In this document: piece after piece, positions 26,606 through 36,888 of the stretch
Layout of the letters: each line of letters opens with the position of its first letter
Numbering within the stretch: position 1 is the stretch's first letter
IMG/VR virus record: IMGVR_UViG_3300037258_000150
Span: 35-64,034 of that record
Reading direction: 5' to 3' (one strand)
Length of the DNA stretch: 64,000 nt
DNA from: a virus
Taxonomy: Duplodnaviria > Caudoviricetes
Notes under the pieces: generated by a model
Told to the model about the DNA's origin: nothing
The model's input: the letters and a program-made list of their open reading frames with translations, nothing else
The model's database searches: none
Translations under genes and position numbers: made by a program

Positions 26606-29600
26606 GGCACCCACTGCCCGTTTATGTGGTAGAGCTTCTCTCCGGTCTTCGGATTGACCGCTATTTTGTCAGCGTTGGCGATCTTCTCGACCGGATAATA
26701 TAACTGTGACCACTTACCGAAATTCAGCGGCTGGTTAGTCGGGCTTTGGGGGTTTCCGATGTATGCCTTGGCACGTTTGCCGTTTGCGATCACGTTGGCC
26801 GCCACGCGCGCATTGACTGCGAGCAGGTCGTTGATGGTGTCGTCATTCATCTTGACGTTCGGGCTCATCTCCTCGAATTGCATACCGACTTCCTGCTGTG
26901 TGGCTGACGGGAAATTGGCTTTCGCGGATTGTGCTGCAGCGTTCCCCAAATATTTGGCCAACTCCTGAAAATTGGTCGAGTCAACTTTTCCGGTGAAGGG
27001 GCCGCTATACCTTGATGCGTCAGATAGAACGCCGCCATACGCGCCAACCGTCGCTCCCTGAGACTGCATGATCGATTGTGCGGCCCTTATGTATTGCAAT
27101 GTCGATGCCGCCACGGCAGTCGTGGCATCGGTGTCCGCAAGAAGTTTGGCGGCGTTGGCAAGATTAGTCTTCTGAGTATCCAGAGCCATTGGAGCTTGCG
27201 TAGTACCCTGTCTAACTGGTGCCGGAGGCACTCTGAATGACGTATCTGACAAGGCTTTAGCAAGGTATGGACTGACCGGTGATGTCTGTGAGTGGGCGAC
27301 CGGAATGACGCCTGCCGGGGACATCGCTAGCGCCCGCGCAGGCGTTTTGCCTGTGACTGCGGTTGACGGGGATGGCTGGTTACTAGTCGTTGGTGCGGCA
27401 CCAGGCCAATTCGGCAGCAGAGTCTGTGCGTAAGACTCTATGCTCGGCGCGTGATGTGCCTGCCATGCTGGCATCTGGGTAGACGTGCCGTCTGTGTTCG
27501 GTACGTTCACCAACTCCTGCGCCTTTGCCATCGCCGCTGACCGGTCAGACGGGGTAAATCCCTGCTGAGCGATCGGCCCAATCTCCGGCTGGTTCGTGCG
27601 TGTGTTCCTGACGATGCCGCCCTCGAGCGCTGTCCCGTCACCGGTCCATTGGCGTAGCGCATTGTAGCGGGCAAGCGCCGCCTGTCGCGCCGCCGGAGGG
27701 CTAGCCTGATCGGTGGCCGTGGCATATTGGGCATCGGCCGCCTGCTGGGCGGCGTTACGATTATTCTGCTGGTCGCGCTGGACTCTGGCCTGAAAGTCGG
27801 TATCCGCCTGCTGCGAAAACATCGTGCCGCCGACGGCCCAGTCATTTTTTATCGCAGCATCCTTGGCCGCTTGCTCCTCCGGGGTGCGGGCCTGATTGAC
27901 GAAGAACCGCGACCGATACTGCGCAGCGAGCCCTGCGGCCGTCTGCGCCGCGCTCGGTGAGGGCTGCTGCCCCGGGGATGCTGGCGGCGCCGGAGCCTGC
28001 GCTGAGGCGCTGGGGGTCGACGCAATGGTCGCTGGCGCAGGATTTATGGTCTGAGGCGGCGGCGTCGACTGCGGAGCGGCCGGCTGGGGCGCGAGTCCAC
28101 CAGGGGTGGGTGCAAACGCGTGCTGCGCGACACCGAGCTTGATGGCCGCCAAGCGGTTTGCGATCTGCGTGCTCTGCGCTGTCGCCTCCCGCTCCTGCGC
28201 TCGAGCGAGGCCTTCCTGCGTCGGCACGTAGGCATTCGCGGCCGCCTCGAGCCCTGCGGCAAGCGCGACACCAGGGTGGACGCTGCGCTCGGTGCCGGCC
28301 GCGCCGATGCCGGCCAGGATCGGCACGACGAGGCCCTTGTTGCGCCCCCACCAGCCGGCGAGGCCAGTTGCGGGCGCGGCCGCGGGTGCCGTGTCGGCCG
28401 CGGGCGGCGTGTCGGAGTCGGCATCCGTCGCATCCCCGCCGTCGTCAAACCCGCGCCGCCCGGCGACGCCGCCAGTGGCGAGCGCCTGGTTGCTGAACAT
28501 CGAGCCCATGAGGGAGCTCGTGTCATTGGGGTTGCTCATGTAGAGGATGCTCTGAAGACCCGTCGGCTGCTTGCCGGCGGCGGGGGCGGCTTTGAGCGTG
28601 TTCGTGTTCGGCTGATTGGGGATATTGATGTCCCCCTGCGGCTCGGCATAGGGGCCAGCGAGCCCGGCGCCCCCCGAGTACGGCATGCCGCCAGAGTCAT
28701 AGCCGCGGCGCACGGCACCACCGCGGTTCGCCATCATCACGGCGGCGGCTCCTACGTCTGCCGCGGCGTATTCGGCTGCAATGGCGGCGGCGGCTTCGGC
28801 AGCGGCGGTCGTCCCGGCTCCCACGGCAGCCGTCCCGGCGGCTCCTGCGGCGGCCGTCCCGGCGGCTTCGGCAGCGGCAGGAGCGGCGGCGCTTGCGGCG
28901 CTAGCAGCGGCAGGAGCTGCAGCGGCGGCCGCGTCACCGGCACCCGCGGCAGCTCCTGGGGCTGCAGCCACTCCGCTCGCCGCCGGAGCTGCCGTCGCGG
29001 TGGCTTCAGGAGCGCCGGCCGTGATGACGCCACTTGGCTGAAGGCCCGCAGCCGATAACGAAGACGAGGGAGCGACGCCAGTGGCGGCAGCGGGCTCTGA
29101 GACGACGCTGGTGGCGCCGGTGTCGTACCCCAAGCCGGCGTTGTACGAGTTCCAGGCGCTCTGAACAGCCGGATCCGTCGATCCGACGCCACTCGGTGCG
29201 GCTGAGGGAGCGCTCATGCTCTTGTAGAGCTTGTCGGCTTTCTCCGCCAGGCTAATCGACTGGCCTAGCTCACTCGACCCAGATGGAGGGGGTGAGGCGG
29301 GCGCATTCGTGACGGCAAGCGAATGTCCGCCGCCGCCGGTCGTCGAGTTGATCTGCCGGCGCTGCTGGCCGGATCCCGGCATGCTCGCGTACATCTGCTG
29401 CTGCGCCTGAAGCACTCCCGCAAGGCCCCCTCCAGTATCACGGTGCACGCGGCGCATCGGCACGACGCCCCCAGCATAGAAGTGCCCCTTGTTCGCCGCT
29501 TCCTGAGTCGCCTTCCCGTAGTCGACCACCTTGAAGCCGCCGGCGAGCCCGACGGCATGAGGATGCTTTTTCTCCACATCCTGAGCGATGAGTCCGATTC

Positions 29601-30585
29601 TCGTGCGCTCATCCTCGCCCATCTTGTAGGTGACGACATCCTGGCCGTCGAAGGTCTCGCCGATCTTCTTGATGTCGCGCTTGAGGCGTTTATCGCTGAA
29701 GAAGCCGCCTGGTTGAGTCGTGGTGGTCGTCGAGCCGGAGAGACTACCCGTCCCCTCGGAAATATCGGCTAACCACTGTCCTACCTGAAATGGATAGGAC
29801 TGTTGCTGCAAGAATTGGTTGTACGCGGCAGTATCTTGCGCCTGTTGAGTCTGCTGTTGTACGGTACCGGCGGAGATCTGCGCCTGCGCTCCGGCAAGAC
29901 CCGCTGACTGCGCGCCAGTCCCAAGCGCTCCAAGCTCGGATGCCGTGTTGGCTCCCTCTCCGTAGGCCGTCTGTCCTATATTTGCGAGTTGCTGCGCGCC
30001 GGCTAGTCCGATCTGCTGCTGCCCCTGCGCGGTGCTCAATGCGGACTGATATCCGGTATTTGCTATTCCGGAGATTATGTTGGCATTTGCTAGAGATTGC
30101 TGTTGCCCGAGATTCGCCGCGGCAATTCCCGTGCGATCGGACCCGAAGGCCCCAGACGTGATCGCATTGCCAAGCTGTCCTGCCTGCTGCTGCTGATTTT
30201 CCTGATTCTGGATCGCCTCCGTGCTACCGAGTACTGTTCCCAAATACGGCGACAGATATTGATCTATTTGGGAGCCAGTCAATGGGGCCGCGCTTTCTGC
30301 GGTTCCAATCTCAGCAGCGGTGTTTACTGGCGCTGTCGCCGCCTGGGTCGCTCCTAGCGTTCCGGTGGCTGCTCCGTAGTACGGCTGCGCTTCGTTGGCG
30401 GCTGCATTGGTCGCGGAGATTCCTTGTGACTGTTCGCTGTTGACTGGCGCCACAAATTCGCCACCGTATTTTTCAAACGGTGTCTGCGCTGTTTGATTTG
30501 CGGAGTTGACAACGCTCTGATATTGCGCGAGCACGGCGGGTGGCACGGCGACATTGGAGCTGGTGGTACTGGTCTTCCCGCCCAC
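26602..30585 (-). CDS. Putative DNA ejection protein with an internal peptidase S74 (intramolecular chaperone) domain
   Basis: MGGKTSTTS, YLSPY, GAFGSDR N-terminal domain; SDKRLKRDIKKIG...IGLIAQDVEKKHPHAV...VDY. Confidence 0.8.
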   Translation of the reverse strand: MGGKTSTTSSNVAVPPAVLAQYQSVVNSANQTAQTPFEKYGGEFVAPVNSEQSQGISATNAAANEAQPYYGAATGTLGATQAATAPVNTAAEIGTAESAAPLTGSQIDQYLSPYLGTVLGSTEAIQNQENQQQQAGQLGNAITSGAFGSDRTGIAAANLGQQQSLANANIISGIANTGYQSALSTAQGQQQIGLAGAQQLANIGQTAYGEGANTASELGALGTGAQSAGLAGAQAQISAGTVQQQTQQAQDTAAYNQFLQQQSYPFQVGQWLADISEGTGSLSGSTTTTTQPGGFFSDKRLKRDIKKIGETFDGQDVVTYKMGEDERTRIGLIAQDVEKKHPHAVGLAGGFKVVDYGKATQEAANKGHFYAGGVVPMRRVHRDTGGGLAGVLQAQQQMYASMPGSGQQRRQINSTTGGGGHSLAVTNAPASPPPSGSSELGQSISLAEKADKLYKSMSAPSAAPSGVGSTDPAVQSAWNSYNAGLGYDTGATSVVSEPAAATGVAPSSSLSAAGLQPSGVITAGAPEATATAAPAASGVAAAPGAAAGAGDAAAAAAPAAASAASAAAPAAAEAAGTAAAGAAGTAAVGAGTTAAAEAAAAIAAEYAAADVGAAAVMMANRGGAVRRGYDSGGMPYSGGAGLAGPYAEPQGDINIPNQPNTNTLKAAPAAGKQPTGLQSILYMSNPNDTSSLMGSMFSNQALATGGVAGRRGFDDGGDATDADSDTPPAADTAPAAAPATGLAGWWGRNKGLVVPILAGIGAAGTERSVHPGVALAAGLEAAANAYVPTQEGLARAQEREATAQSTQIANRLAAIKLGVAQHAFAPTPGGLAPQPAAPQSTPPPQTINPAPATIASTPSASAQAPAPPASPGQQPSPSAAQTAAGLAAQYRSRFFVNQARTPEEQAAKDAAIKNDWAVGGTMFSQQADTDFQARVQRDQQNNRNAAQQAADAQYATATDQASPPAARQAALARYNALRQWTGDGTALEGGIVRNTRTNQPEIGPIAQQGFTPSDRSAAMAKAQELVNVPNTDGTSTQMPAWQAHHAPSIESYAQTLLPNWPGAAPTTSNQPSPSTAVTGKTPARALAMSPAGVIPVAHSQTSPVSPYLAKALSDTSFRVPPAPVRQGTTQAPMALDTQKTNLANAAKLLADTDATTAVAASTLQYIRAAQSIMQSQGATVGAYGGVLSDASRYSGPFTGKVDSTNFQELAKYLGNAAAQSAKANFPSATQQEVGMQFEEMSPNVKMNDDTINDLLAVNARVAANVIANGKRAKAYIGNPQSPTNQPLNFGKWSQLYYPVEKIANADKIAVNPKTGEKLYHINGQWVP

Positions 30586-30587
30586 GA

Positions 30588-31304
30588 TTACACTCTCCGC
30601 TCCACTATCTTGTTGTGCTTACTGCAATTCTCAAACTCAGTGAGAATCTGCAGATTCCACGGTACATGCAGACCGTGCACGCCAACGCCGCGCAACGGCA
30701 CCTCGTGGTCGACGTGATGTTTGATTCCGGTCTGCGTCGTCCGCGCGGCGGCAATCTCGTAGAATTCCTGAATCTGCGCCTTCTGGATTGCGTTTAGCCA
30801 CGGAGGCACGGCGCGTGTCTCAGCTGCGCGGCGCCGTCCATTCTTGGCGCGTACAATGGATCGGTTGTTCTGCAGGTATCGGCGCTCGCGCGCCTTCTCC
30901 CTTTCGATATTGGCCAGACGAAATGCTTTGCGTGCAGCAAGTCGTTTGGCTTTATGTTTCTGGTAAGAACGACGCCTGATCTCTGCGGCACTCATCCTTG
31001 GTGTAGTACGTGGTGGCTTCGGCGCGCATGGGTGTGCATCCTTCCATTCCGCCGTACGAGCATATGCGCATTCCTTGCAAGAGTTGAGATAGCCATCGGC
31101 CATTCCTCTGTTCTTCGGAAACAGCTCGATTGACTTCTCGTTGCCACACTTGTTGCACGTCTTGACCTTCGGAGCGATGAAATTCTGCTCTTTCAGCGCG
31201 CGACGCTTGCTTGCGTTGCGTTTACGCGCCTCTACGGCTAGCTTTTGAAGAGCTGGCGTCATAGTCCATCCGCGCGGCGGCGCTCCTAGTCTGCGCTTCG
31301 TCAT
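30588..31304 (-). CDS. HNH homing endonuclease
   Basis: KTCNKC..K....F...SCKEC; HHVDHEVPLRG..V.GLHVPWNLQIL...N.SK.N. Confidence 0.9.
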   Translation of the reverse strand: MTKRRLGAPPRGWTMTPALQKLAVEARKRNASKRRALKEQNFIAPKVKTCNKCGNEKSIELFPKNRGMADGYLNSCKECAYARTAEWKDAHPCAPKPPRTTPRMSAAEIRRRSYQKHKAKRLAARKAFRLANIEREKARERRYLQNNRSIVRAKNGRRRAAETRAVPPWLNAIQKAQIQEFYEIAAARTTQTGIKHHVDHEVPLRGVGVHGLHVPWNLQILTEFENCSKHNKIVERRV

Positions 31305-31804
31305 GATACAACCTTATGGTCGCCCGTTTTGGCGCCCAACACCCAGAAACACCCCGCCGGCTCCCCGAGCAGCCTGCGGTAAAGCTCCACTTTCTGTTTG
31401 GTATTGCTATGACTCAACACACCGATGAGTAGCGGCAGCCCCATGCGCTCGGCAGTTGACTTACTGAACTGCACCAACTTGTTGGCGCGCCCTCCTTTCG
31501 CACTGCGAAATTCAGGCTTCACGAATAGCGTGCGCTCCTCCATGCAGATCTCATCGCTATAGGTCAGTGTGCCAATGACGAGCACGACTATGCCCTCGAT
31601 CTCCCCTCCTTCTTTCCCGATGCATCCCACCATTCCCTTGTCCAAGTTCAAGCACGGATAGATAGTCTTGACGAGATGCGATGCGGAGCAGTCGAAAAGG
31701 CTGTTCTCCTTCGCGGCCGCTATCGCCAGTTCCATGACTTCAGGGAGGTCGGCGAGCGTGCCGAGGCGCATGCGTAAGCCGTCGTAGATGGGCAGTTGCA
31801 GCAT
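31301..31804 (-). CDS. GNAT-fold acetyltransferase-like protein
   Basis: RLGTLADLPEV, LFVKPEFRS..GG.A..L; usual position before ejection genes. Confidence 0.7.
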   Translation of the reverse strand: MLQLPIYDGLRMRLGTLADLPEVMELAIAAAKENSLFDCSASHLVKTIYPCLNLDKGMVGCIGKEGGEIEGIVVLVIGTLTYSDEICMEERTLFVKPEFRSAKGGRANKLVQFSKSTAERMGLPLLIGVLSHSNTKQKVELYRRLLGEPAGCFWVLGAKTGDHKVVS

Positions 31805-31806
31805 AG

Positions 31807-32022
31807 CTAATCCAGCTTTGCACCTTTTGCGCGCGATCTCTCGACGACATCCTTGAAATGCTCTAGCGTCTCACCTTTGGTATGCGGTGGCGCTCCTGTT
31901 ATATCGACGCCGTGAAGATATCCGCGAATGCCAGGCGTCAATAAATCCCTAGATCCAGGCGTCTTGATGCCAAGACCGTCTAAAATACAGTCGAGAGCGA
32001 CTCTGTCGTCTTTCATGGTCAA
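31807..32022 (-). CDS. Hypothetical protein (lower-GC insert)
   Basis: Fills the gap between structural genes. Confidence 0.5.
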   Translation of the reverse strand: MTMKDDRVALDCILDGLGIKTPGSRDLLTPGIRGYLHGVDITGAPPHTKGETLEHFKDVVERSRAKGAKLD

Positions 32023-32987
32023 TCCCGCCTCGGCCCTGGAAGTTTCTGTAGCGTGCCAATGAGTTCTTGACGCACGCGCTTGACGAACGAGTCGAGCACG
32101 CGATGGCCGGTGTCAATATCGCCGTGGCCCACCCGCTTGACCTGAGACGGGGAGATCACCCATTCCCCCCCGGCCGCGACAATCGGCACGCCTGATACTT
32201 CTCCGCCAGCGGCCTTGCGCGCGCGGGCCTTGAGTTTCTTGAGCGCCGCGCGCACGCCGGGATGCAGCGGTAGTTTTTCGGCTTCATCAAGACCCACCCA
32301 TTCAGCCCTGTCGTGCTCGTCGTTGAGTTCAGGCTTGAACTCATCCGGAGCATGGGCCAAGTAGGTGGTGAACGCAACGTTCTCCCGGTCGCTGTGCATG
32401 AAGGGCGAGAGGCCACCATCGTGCTCGTAGCCGGTCTCTTCGCGCACTTCGCGGCGAGCGGCATCTTCGGGACGCTCGCCCTTCTCGATGTGGCCCGCCG
32501 GCAATGCCCACTCTCCTGCGTGCTCTTGCCCCTTGCGGCGCATCAGCAGTACCTCACGTTTAGGCGAGAGAAAGAGCACGCCAGCGGCCTTGATGCGGCC
32601 GCCCCTGGCGTAGGTGACGGGTAGGCCGTAGACACCACCCGTTTGGCCATAGGGCGAAGTGCCCGCGTAGGGCTCACCGCCAAAGGTGCGGCGCAGGACC
32701 TTGAAGCCGGCGAGCGTGTTACCTTCGCCCCCGGCGCTAACGATATCAGCTGGTAAAACGTAACTGCCTGACTCCACCGTCATCGGCAGGTGATCCGTGC
32801 GGCCGGACACGGCGGCATGGATGGGGCCTACGTGAAAGCGGCGCGTGATGTCCGTGCCGCCGCCGTCTTGCCGGTGCTTACGGGCGACATTGAGAGCCGC
32901 CGCGATTGACTGATCGCGCGGATGGCCGGCGTCCTCCATTTCCTCGATGTTGTGACCGATGTTTGTTTTACCTGGAAGTAACGGCAT
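32019..32987 (-). CDS. Putative internal virion protein with an inserted Nudix hydrolase domain
   Basis: GRTDHLP.....GSYVLPADIVS..GEGNT and GGEWVISP segments surround the Nudix box GHIEKGERPEDAARREVREETG. Confidence 0.85.
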   Translation of the reverse strand: MPLLPGKTNIGHNIEEMEDAGHPRDQSIAAALNVARKHRQDGGGTDITRRFHVGPIHAAVSGRTDHLPMTVESGSYVLPADIVSAGGEGNTLAGFKVLRRTFGGEPYAGTSPYGQTGGVYGLPVTYARGGRIKAAGVLFLSPKREVLLMRRKGQEHAGEWALPAGHIEKGERPEDAARREVREETGYEHDGGLSPFMHSDRENVAFTTYLAHAPDEFKPELNDEHDRAEWVGLDEAEKLPLHPGVRAALKKLKARARKAAGGEVSGVPIVAAGGEWVISPSQVKRVGHGDIDTGHRVLDSFVKRVRQELIGTLQKLPGPRRD

Positions 32988-32989
32988 AG

Positions 32990-33655
32990 TTATATCGCTC
33001 CCGCCAACAATCCAGCGTCGTTGGTTTTCGGATTACGTTTGTGCTTCCATCCGCTTTTTTGCTCTGGCAGGTGCTCAATCGTGTGACAGTTTGGGCACAG
33101 AATTTCTATATTATGCTTCGTGTTGTTAGTTCTATCTCGATTCTTGTGATGGAGCGCCAGTATTTCAGGAACTTCTTTATAGCCACATCGCTCGCAATTG
33201 ATCATGAGGCCGCGCTTCCTGAGCCACGCAGCAATAGCTTGTGTTCTCTGTGATTTTGGCCATTCAACCAATTTTCCTACGCCCATGCATTTGTAACTGC
33301 AATATGTTGGAGCGTAGACGCCGTGATGGCGTCTCTCAAACTCCACGCCGCATGTTTTGCACTTCGTTTTGATCTTTGGATACGTTGGTTTTTTGCCGCC
33401 TCCTCGATTAGCAGGTTGTATACCCTTGCGTATGGCATTTCCTAAGCATTTTTTATTACAGAATCTAGCCGTTTTAGCGCGTGGCGCCGTAGTGAAGAAT
33501 GTTGCGCCGCAATTCAGGCAGATCCTGGGATAGTTCTTGCATTTATTCCGCTCTTTGGCGCACGCGGCGCACCTAAATGGCTTCTTGCCGTGGCGGTCGC
33601 GTTTCCGCGACGTTATTACACCGCAGTCATCACAGGGCATCTCCATTGTGTTCAT
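32990..33655 (-). CDS. HNH homing endonuclease with zinc-finger repeats
   Basis: CxxCG..F...CxxxC repeats; CERCG...HHKNRDRTNN...N...LCPNCH. Confidence 0.88.
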   Translation of the reverse strand: MNTMEMPCDDCGVITSRKRDRHGKKPFRCAACAKERNKCKNYPRICLNCGATFFTTAPRAKTARFCNKKCLGNAIRKGIQPANRGGGKKPTYPKIKTKCKTCGVEFERRHHGVYAPTYCSYKCMGVGKLVEWPKSQRTQAIAAWLRKRGLMINCERCGYKEVPEILALHHKNRDRTNNTKHNIEILCPNCHTIEHLPEQKSGWKHKRNPKTNDAGLLAGAI

Positions 33656-33658
33656 ATA

Positions 33659-34042
33659 CTATGACCAACTTATGCTGACTGACATTCCACTTCCGGGCAC
33701 CACGAGTATCCCAGAGTCGCAGGCCATATTCACCACATACGGCTCACCGTTACTCGCCGCAGTCTCCGGAATTATCCACAGCGGCATTACCTGCGCGATA
33801 CTGGCCGAGTCGTAGATCATCCCCGTGGTCGAGCCGGCGGTGATGATGCTGACGGAGGCGACTCTTCCGGGGGATGTCTTGACTACCTTGGGGGCCGTGA
33901 TCGCCTCGGTGGTGGAGGCGCCGTTGACGTCCTTAAATGCCTGCGTCGCGCCGTTTAACGCAATGACGAGATTCTTGATGCTCGTCAGAATGTCAGAGAG
34001 AGAGGCTCCAGGCTGCGGTGTTTGTGTCGTCGGGTTGGGCAT
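33659..34042 (-). CDS. Small virion (tail) protein
   Basis: ASLSDILTSIKNLV helix plus beta domain ending GILVVPGSG; follows the nozzle gene. Confidence 0.65.
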   Translation of the reverse strand: MPNPTTQTPQPGASLSDILTSIKNLVIALNGATQAFKDVNGASTTEAITAPKVVKTSPGRVASVSIITAGSTTGMIYDSASIAQVMPLWIIPETAASNGEPYVVNMACDSGILVVPGSGMSVSISWS

Positions 34043-36102
34043 CAGAATTTTCCGTCAGGCGCATAGCGGTACCGCAGCGCCCCGATGCGCCACCAGGTGC
34101 CGAGATCGCTGCTTGAGACCCTGATCGCCACGAGCCGACCCCGCAGCCTAGTGTTGAAATACTGTGTCGCCTGAGTCACGGTGTAGGGTCCAAATTGCTG
34201 CGGCGTGTCGCCTGGGTAATCCACCACAAGGAACGTGATCTGAACGGTAGCGTTCTGCGCCTCGCTCCACTGTCCCCAGCGCATGTCGGGCCACACAAGG
34301 TCGACGAACGTCTTGAAGTCACCCTCTGCTATCGTGAAGTACCCCGTCTGGAAGTACGGCAGCATCGCCACTCCGTCGGCATCGTTCGAGGTCTCGTGCT
34401 GATAGAGGTAGAGTGAAGTCGGATCGGAGCCGATTGGCGGCCCGAGCACCGACTGATCAACCCAGGCGCTGCGACCCAAGGTGCCGTAGTCCCAGAGCCC
34501 CAAGTTGACGTTGTACTTGACGTACGAGTCGACTTCTCCGGAGCCGCCGGCCGATGGGTAGAACCACTGAATCTCACCGAAGAGCGAGTTGACCGCGATG
34601 CGGATTTTGGACGCCGCCGCAGCACCGGGATAAAGATTCTGATACACCACGTCCCACACGGTACAGGGGAGCACTTCCACACCCGAGCCGCCGTAGACGT
34701 AGAATTGCTTGAATCCCATCCAGTACGCGATGCCGTTGTAGAAGGCTGCGGCCTTACGGCCTATGAGTCCGCAGCCGGTACCGATCTGGTTGAATGAGTA
34801 GACATACGGCGGACCGACGTACTGCATCGAATACACGTCGATGTCAGTCCAGATGAGGGCCTGCTGCGGCCCCTGCATGCCGCACACGATCCTGGATCCA
34901 GTCGGGATGCGATCTGACCCGGCCTGATTCGTGACGAGGGCTATCCATTGGTTCGGGTTATTGACATCGCACCAGTTGATGAGGAGCGGGTCCTGGATGC
35001 CGGTCTCGGTCGAGCCCCACGCGACGATTTGCCGCTGCGGCATCGCGACGAACACCCCATCGTTGACGGGTGGCGCTTGGGGTATGACGGCGGCGGTCGG
35101 TTGCTGGCCCGGCGTCCAGAGGTAAATCGGCTGATACGGTATCGCTTGCGCGAGGTCCGTGGAGGTCGTCGGGCAGGCGATGAGGTCCTCGCCAAAATTC
35201 GACATGGTCCAGTCGTCCGTCTCTATCGGCAGCGCCCCCGGCGGGGTCGTCGGGACACCCAGTCCGTTGTAGACGTAGATCACGGTGCCGCCGTTGATCG
35301 GCGCGGCGCCGGTTGAAGTCGCGGGAGCGCTCGCGGCGATCTCGAACGTATTCACGTCGATGACGTCCTCGACGATGTAGTTACCGTAGATGGTGAGCCC
35401 ACCGACGGTCGTCGATACCAACACCGGGAACGTCGCACCGACCGAAAACCCGTGATCGGGGAGCGCGACGGTGACGATGTTCGAGGACACCACGGTCGAG
35501 AGCTGCGGAAGGACGGCGGTATTCGTATTGGTGGCCGGATTTAGCGCCCCCAGTAGCGTCGTGGCGTAGACCGTGTACGTGTTGGAGCCGGTGTATCCAT
35601 TGGGGTCACACGGATAGAGTCCGAAGAGAACGACTCCGCCTATGGCTATGTGGATCGGGATGTAGACGCTGCAGCTGTTGTTCACGCCGGTGACGATGTT
35701 GTCGGTGATCGTGATGACGGGACTTCCGACAGTCGATGCCGCAGCAACAGGGGTGAAGGCGCTGTGCGTCTGTAGCGGCGTGATGTCGGTGAGCGTGCCA
35801 CCGGTGATCACGGCGAGTTGCGAGCGCGTGGTCGTCGGGACGACCTGAGTGCCGACCGCAAGCCATGCGTTTAGGTTCAAGTCCTCCCACGCCCAGAGCG
35901 CTCGTACCACAGCCACCATGGCGCTAGAGAGAAACTTCGACCATCCGCCGAGCTTCTGGATCAGCGCTGAGAATGCCGGCGGGTCGGGCTGAAACCTGAT
36001 GAGGTTGGTTTGCGAGATTCCAGCGTTCTCATTGAGCGCTGGCGTCTCCGTCGTATTGACGGCCCCGGTGTAAGGCGCGAGCTTGAATACGGCGTGCGGC
36101 AT
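34042..36102 (-). CDS. Tail nozzle/stabilisation protein (beta-propeller type)
   Basis: QKLGGW, DPLLINWCD, NQAGS.R...GS.I, IWTD, W..GTLGRSAW.D, WRIG..R......DG. Confidence 0.75.
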   Translation of the reverse strand: MPHAVFKLAPYTGAVNTTETPALNENAGISQTNLIRFQPDPPAFSALIQKLGGWSKFLSSAMVAVVRALWAWEDLNLNAWLAVGTQVVPTTTRSQLAVITGGTLTDITPLQTHSAFTPVAAASTVGSPVITITDNIVTGVNNSCSVYIPIHIAIGGVVLFGLYPCDPNGYTGSNTYTVYATTLLGALNPATNTNTAVLPQLSTVVSSNIVTVALPDHGFSVGATFPVLVSTTVGGLTIYGNYIVEDVIDVNTFEIAASAPATSTGAAPINGGTVIYVYNGLGVPTTPPGALPIETDDWTMSNFGEDLIACPTTSTDLAQAIPYQPIYLWTPGQQPTAAVIPQAPPVNDGVFVAMPQRQIVAWGSTETGIQDPLLINWCDVNNPNQWIALVTNQAGSDRIPTGSRIVCGMQGPQQALIWTDIDVYSMQYVGPPYVYSFNQIGTGCGLIGRKAAAFYNGIAYWMGFKQFYVYGGSGVEVLPCTVWDVVYQNLYPGAAAASKIRIAVNSLFGEIQWFYPSAGGSGEVDSYVKYNVNLGLWDYGTLGRSAWVDQSVLGPPIGSDPTSLYLYQHETSNDADGVAMLPYFQTGYFTIAEGDFKTFVDLVWPDMRWGQWSEAQNATVQITFLVVDYPGDTPQQFGPYTVTQATQYFNTRLRGRLVAIRVSSSDLGTWWRIGALRYRYAPDGKF

Positions 36103-36105
36103 GGC

Positions 36106-36888
36106 TCACCGCGTTGGAGTCGCGGCGGTTGGAGTGGAGTAGGAGGACCAGCCTGAGCCCTCGGCCTTACGGCGATCCTCGACTGCTATTGCACCCAAGC
36201 GCAACGCTTGGTACTGCTTTTCGTATGACATTCCCATATCTGGCTGATCGCTTTGCGCACTAAAATTGCGCTGATATGCTGATATGAAGATCATGCTGCT
36301 CATAACCAACATGTCCGGATAGTACTGCGAGATATACGTATACGCGGTATCCGCAAGTCCGCTGGAAGCGTTGATATAGAGACTCGGCGGAAATGCGGTC
36401 CCTGTCACGCGTAGAGAATACGTATAGTTCGGCGGAGGGCCCAATAAGATGTTTGTATTCGTGTTCTGTTCACTCCCGAACTGATCTCCATAGAGTGCCG
36501 CGAATCTAGGCATTCCGGATTGTGCTATGCCGCTATAGCAATTCTGAATGAACTCCTTTGAGACGAACGTCAGTGGCGAGGAAGTGACCACTATCCCGCT
36601 GGAGATTTGCACGATTTCAGCGGTCTGTATGGTCCAGAAATCTCCAGCGGGTATCGCGAAGACGGATTGTCCCATCGTCAAAGAATATGTATTTGATGTC
36701 TGTGAGGACAGCAGATCCAGATCGCGCGCAATCCGGCTTTCCGCATAGGCGAGGATCTGCGGCAATATCTGCTGCAATGGCGCATCAACGAAAGCGTAAA
36801 CGCCGCCCGACTCCTGCGTAAGCTCAACGGCCAACGAACCGATCGTTTGCACCCATGCGTTAAATGAAAGCGGATTCGGGCTGCTCAT
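36106..36888 (-). CDS. Head-tail adaptor/tail tubular protein A-like
   Basis: YAESRIARDLD, G.PRFAA, LLGPPPN..Y, YISQYYPDML; upstream of the nozzle gene. Confidence 0.7.
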   Translation of the reverse strand: MSSPNPLSFNAWVQTIGSLAVELTQESGGVYAFVDAPLQQILPQILAYAESRIARDLDLLSSQTSNTYSLTMGQSVFAIPAGDFWTIQTAEIVQISSGIVVTSSPLTFVSKEFIQNCYSGIAQSGMPRFAALYGDQFGSEQNTNTNILLGPPPNYTYSLRVTGTAFPPSLYINASSGLADTAYTYISQYYPDMLVMSSMIFISAYQRNFSAQSDQPDMGMSYEKQYQALRLGAIAVEDRRKAEGSGWSSYSTPTAATPTR

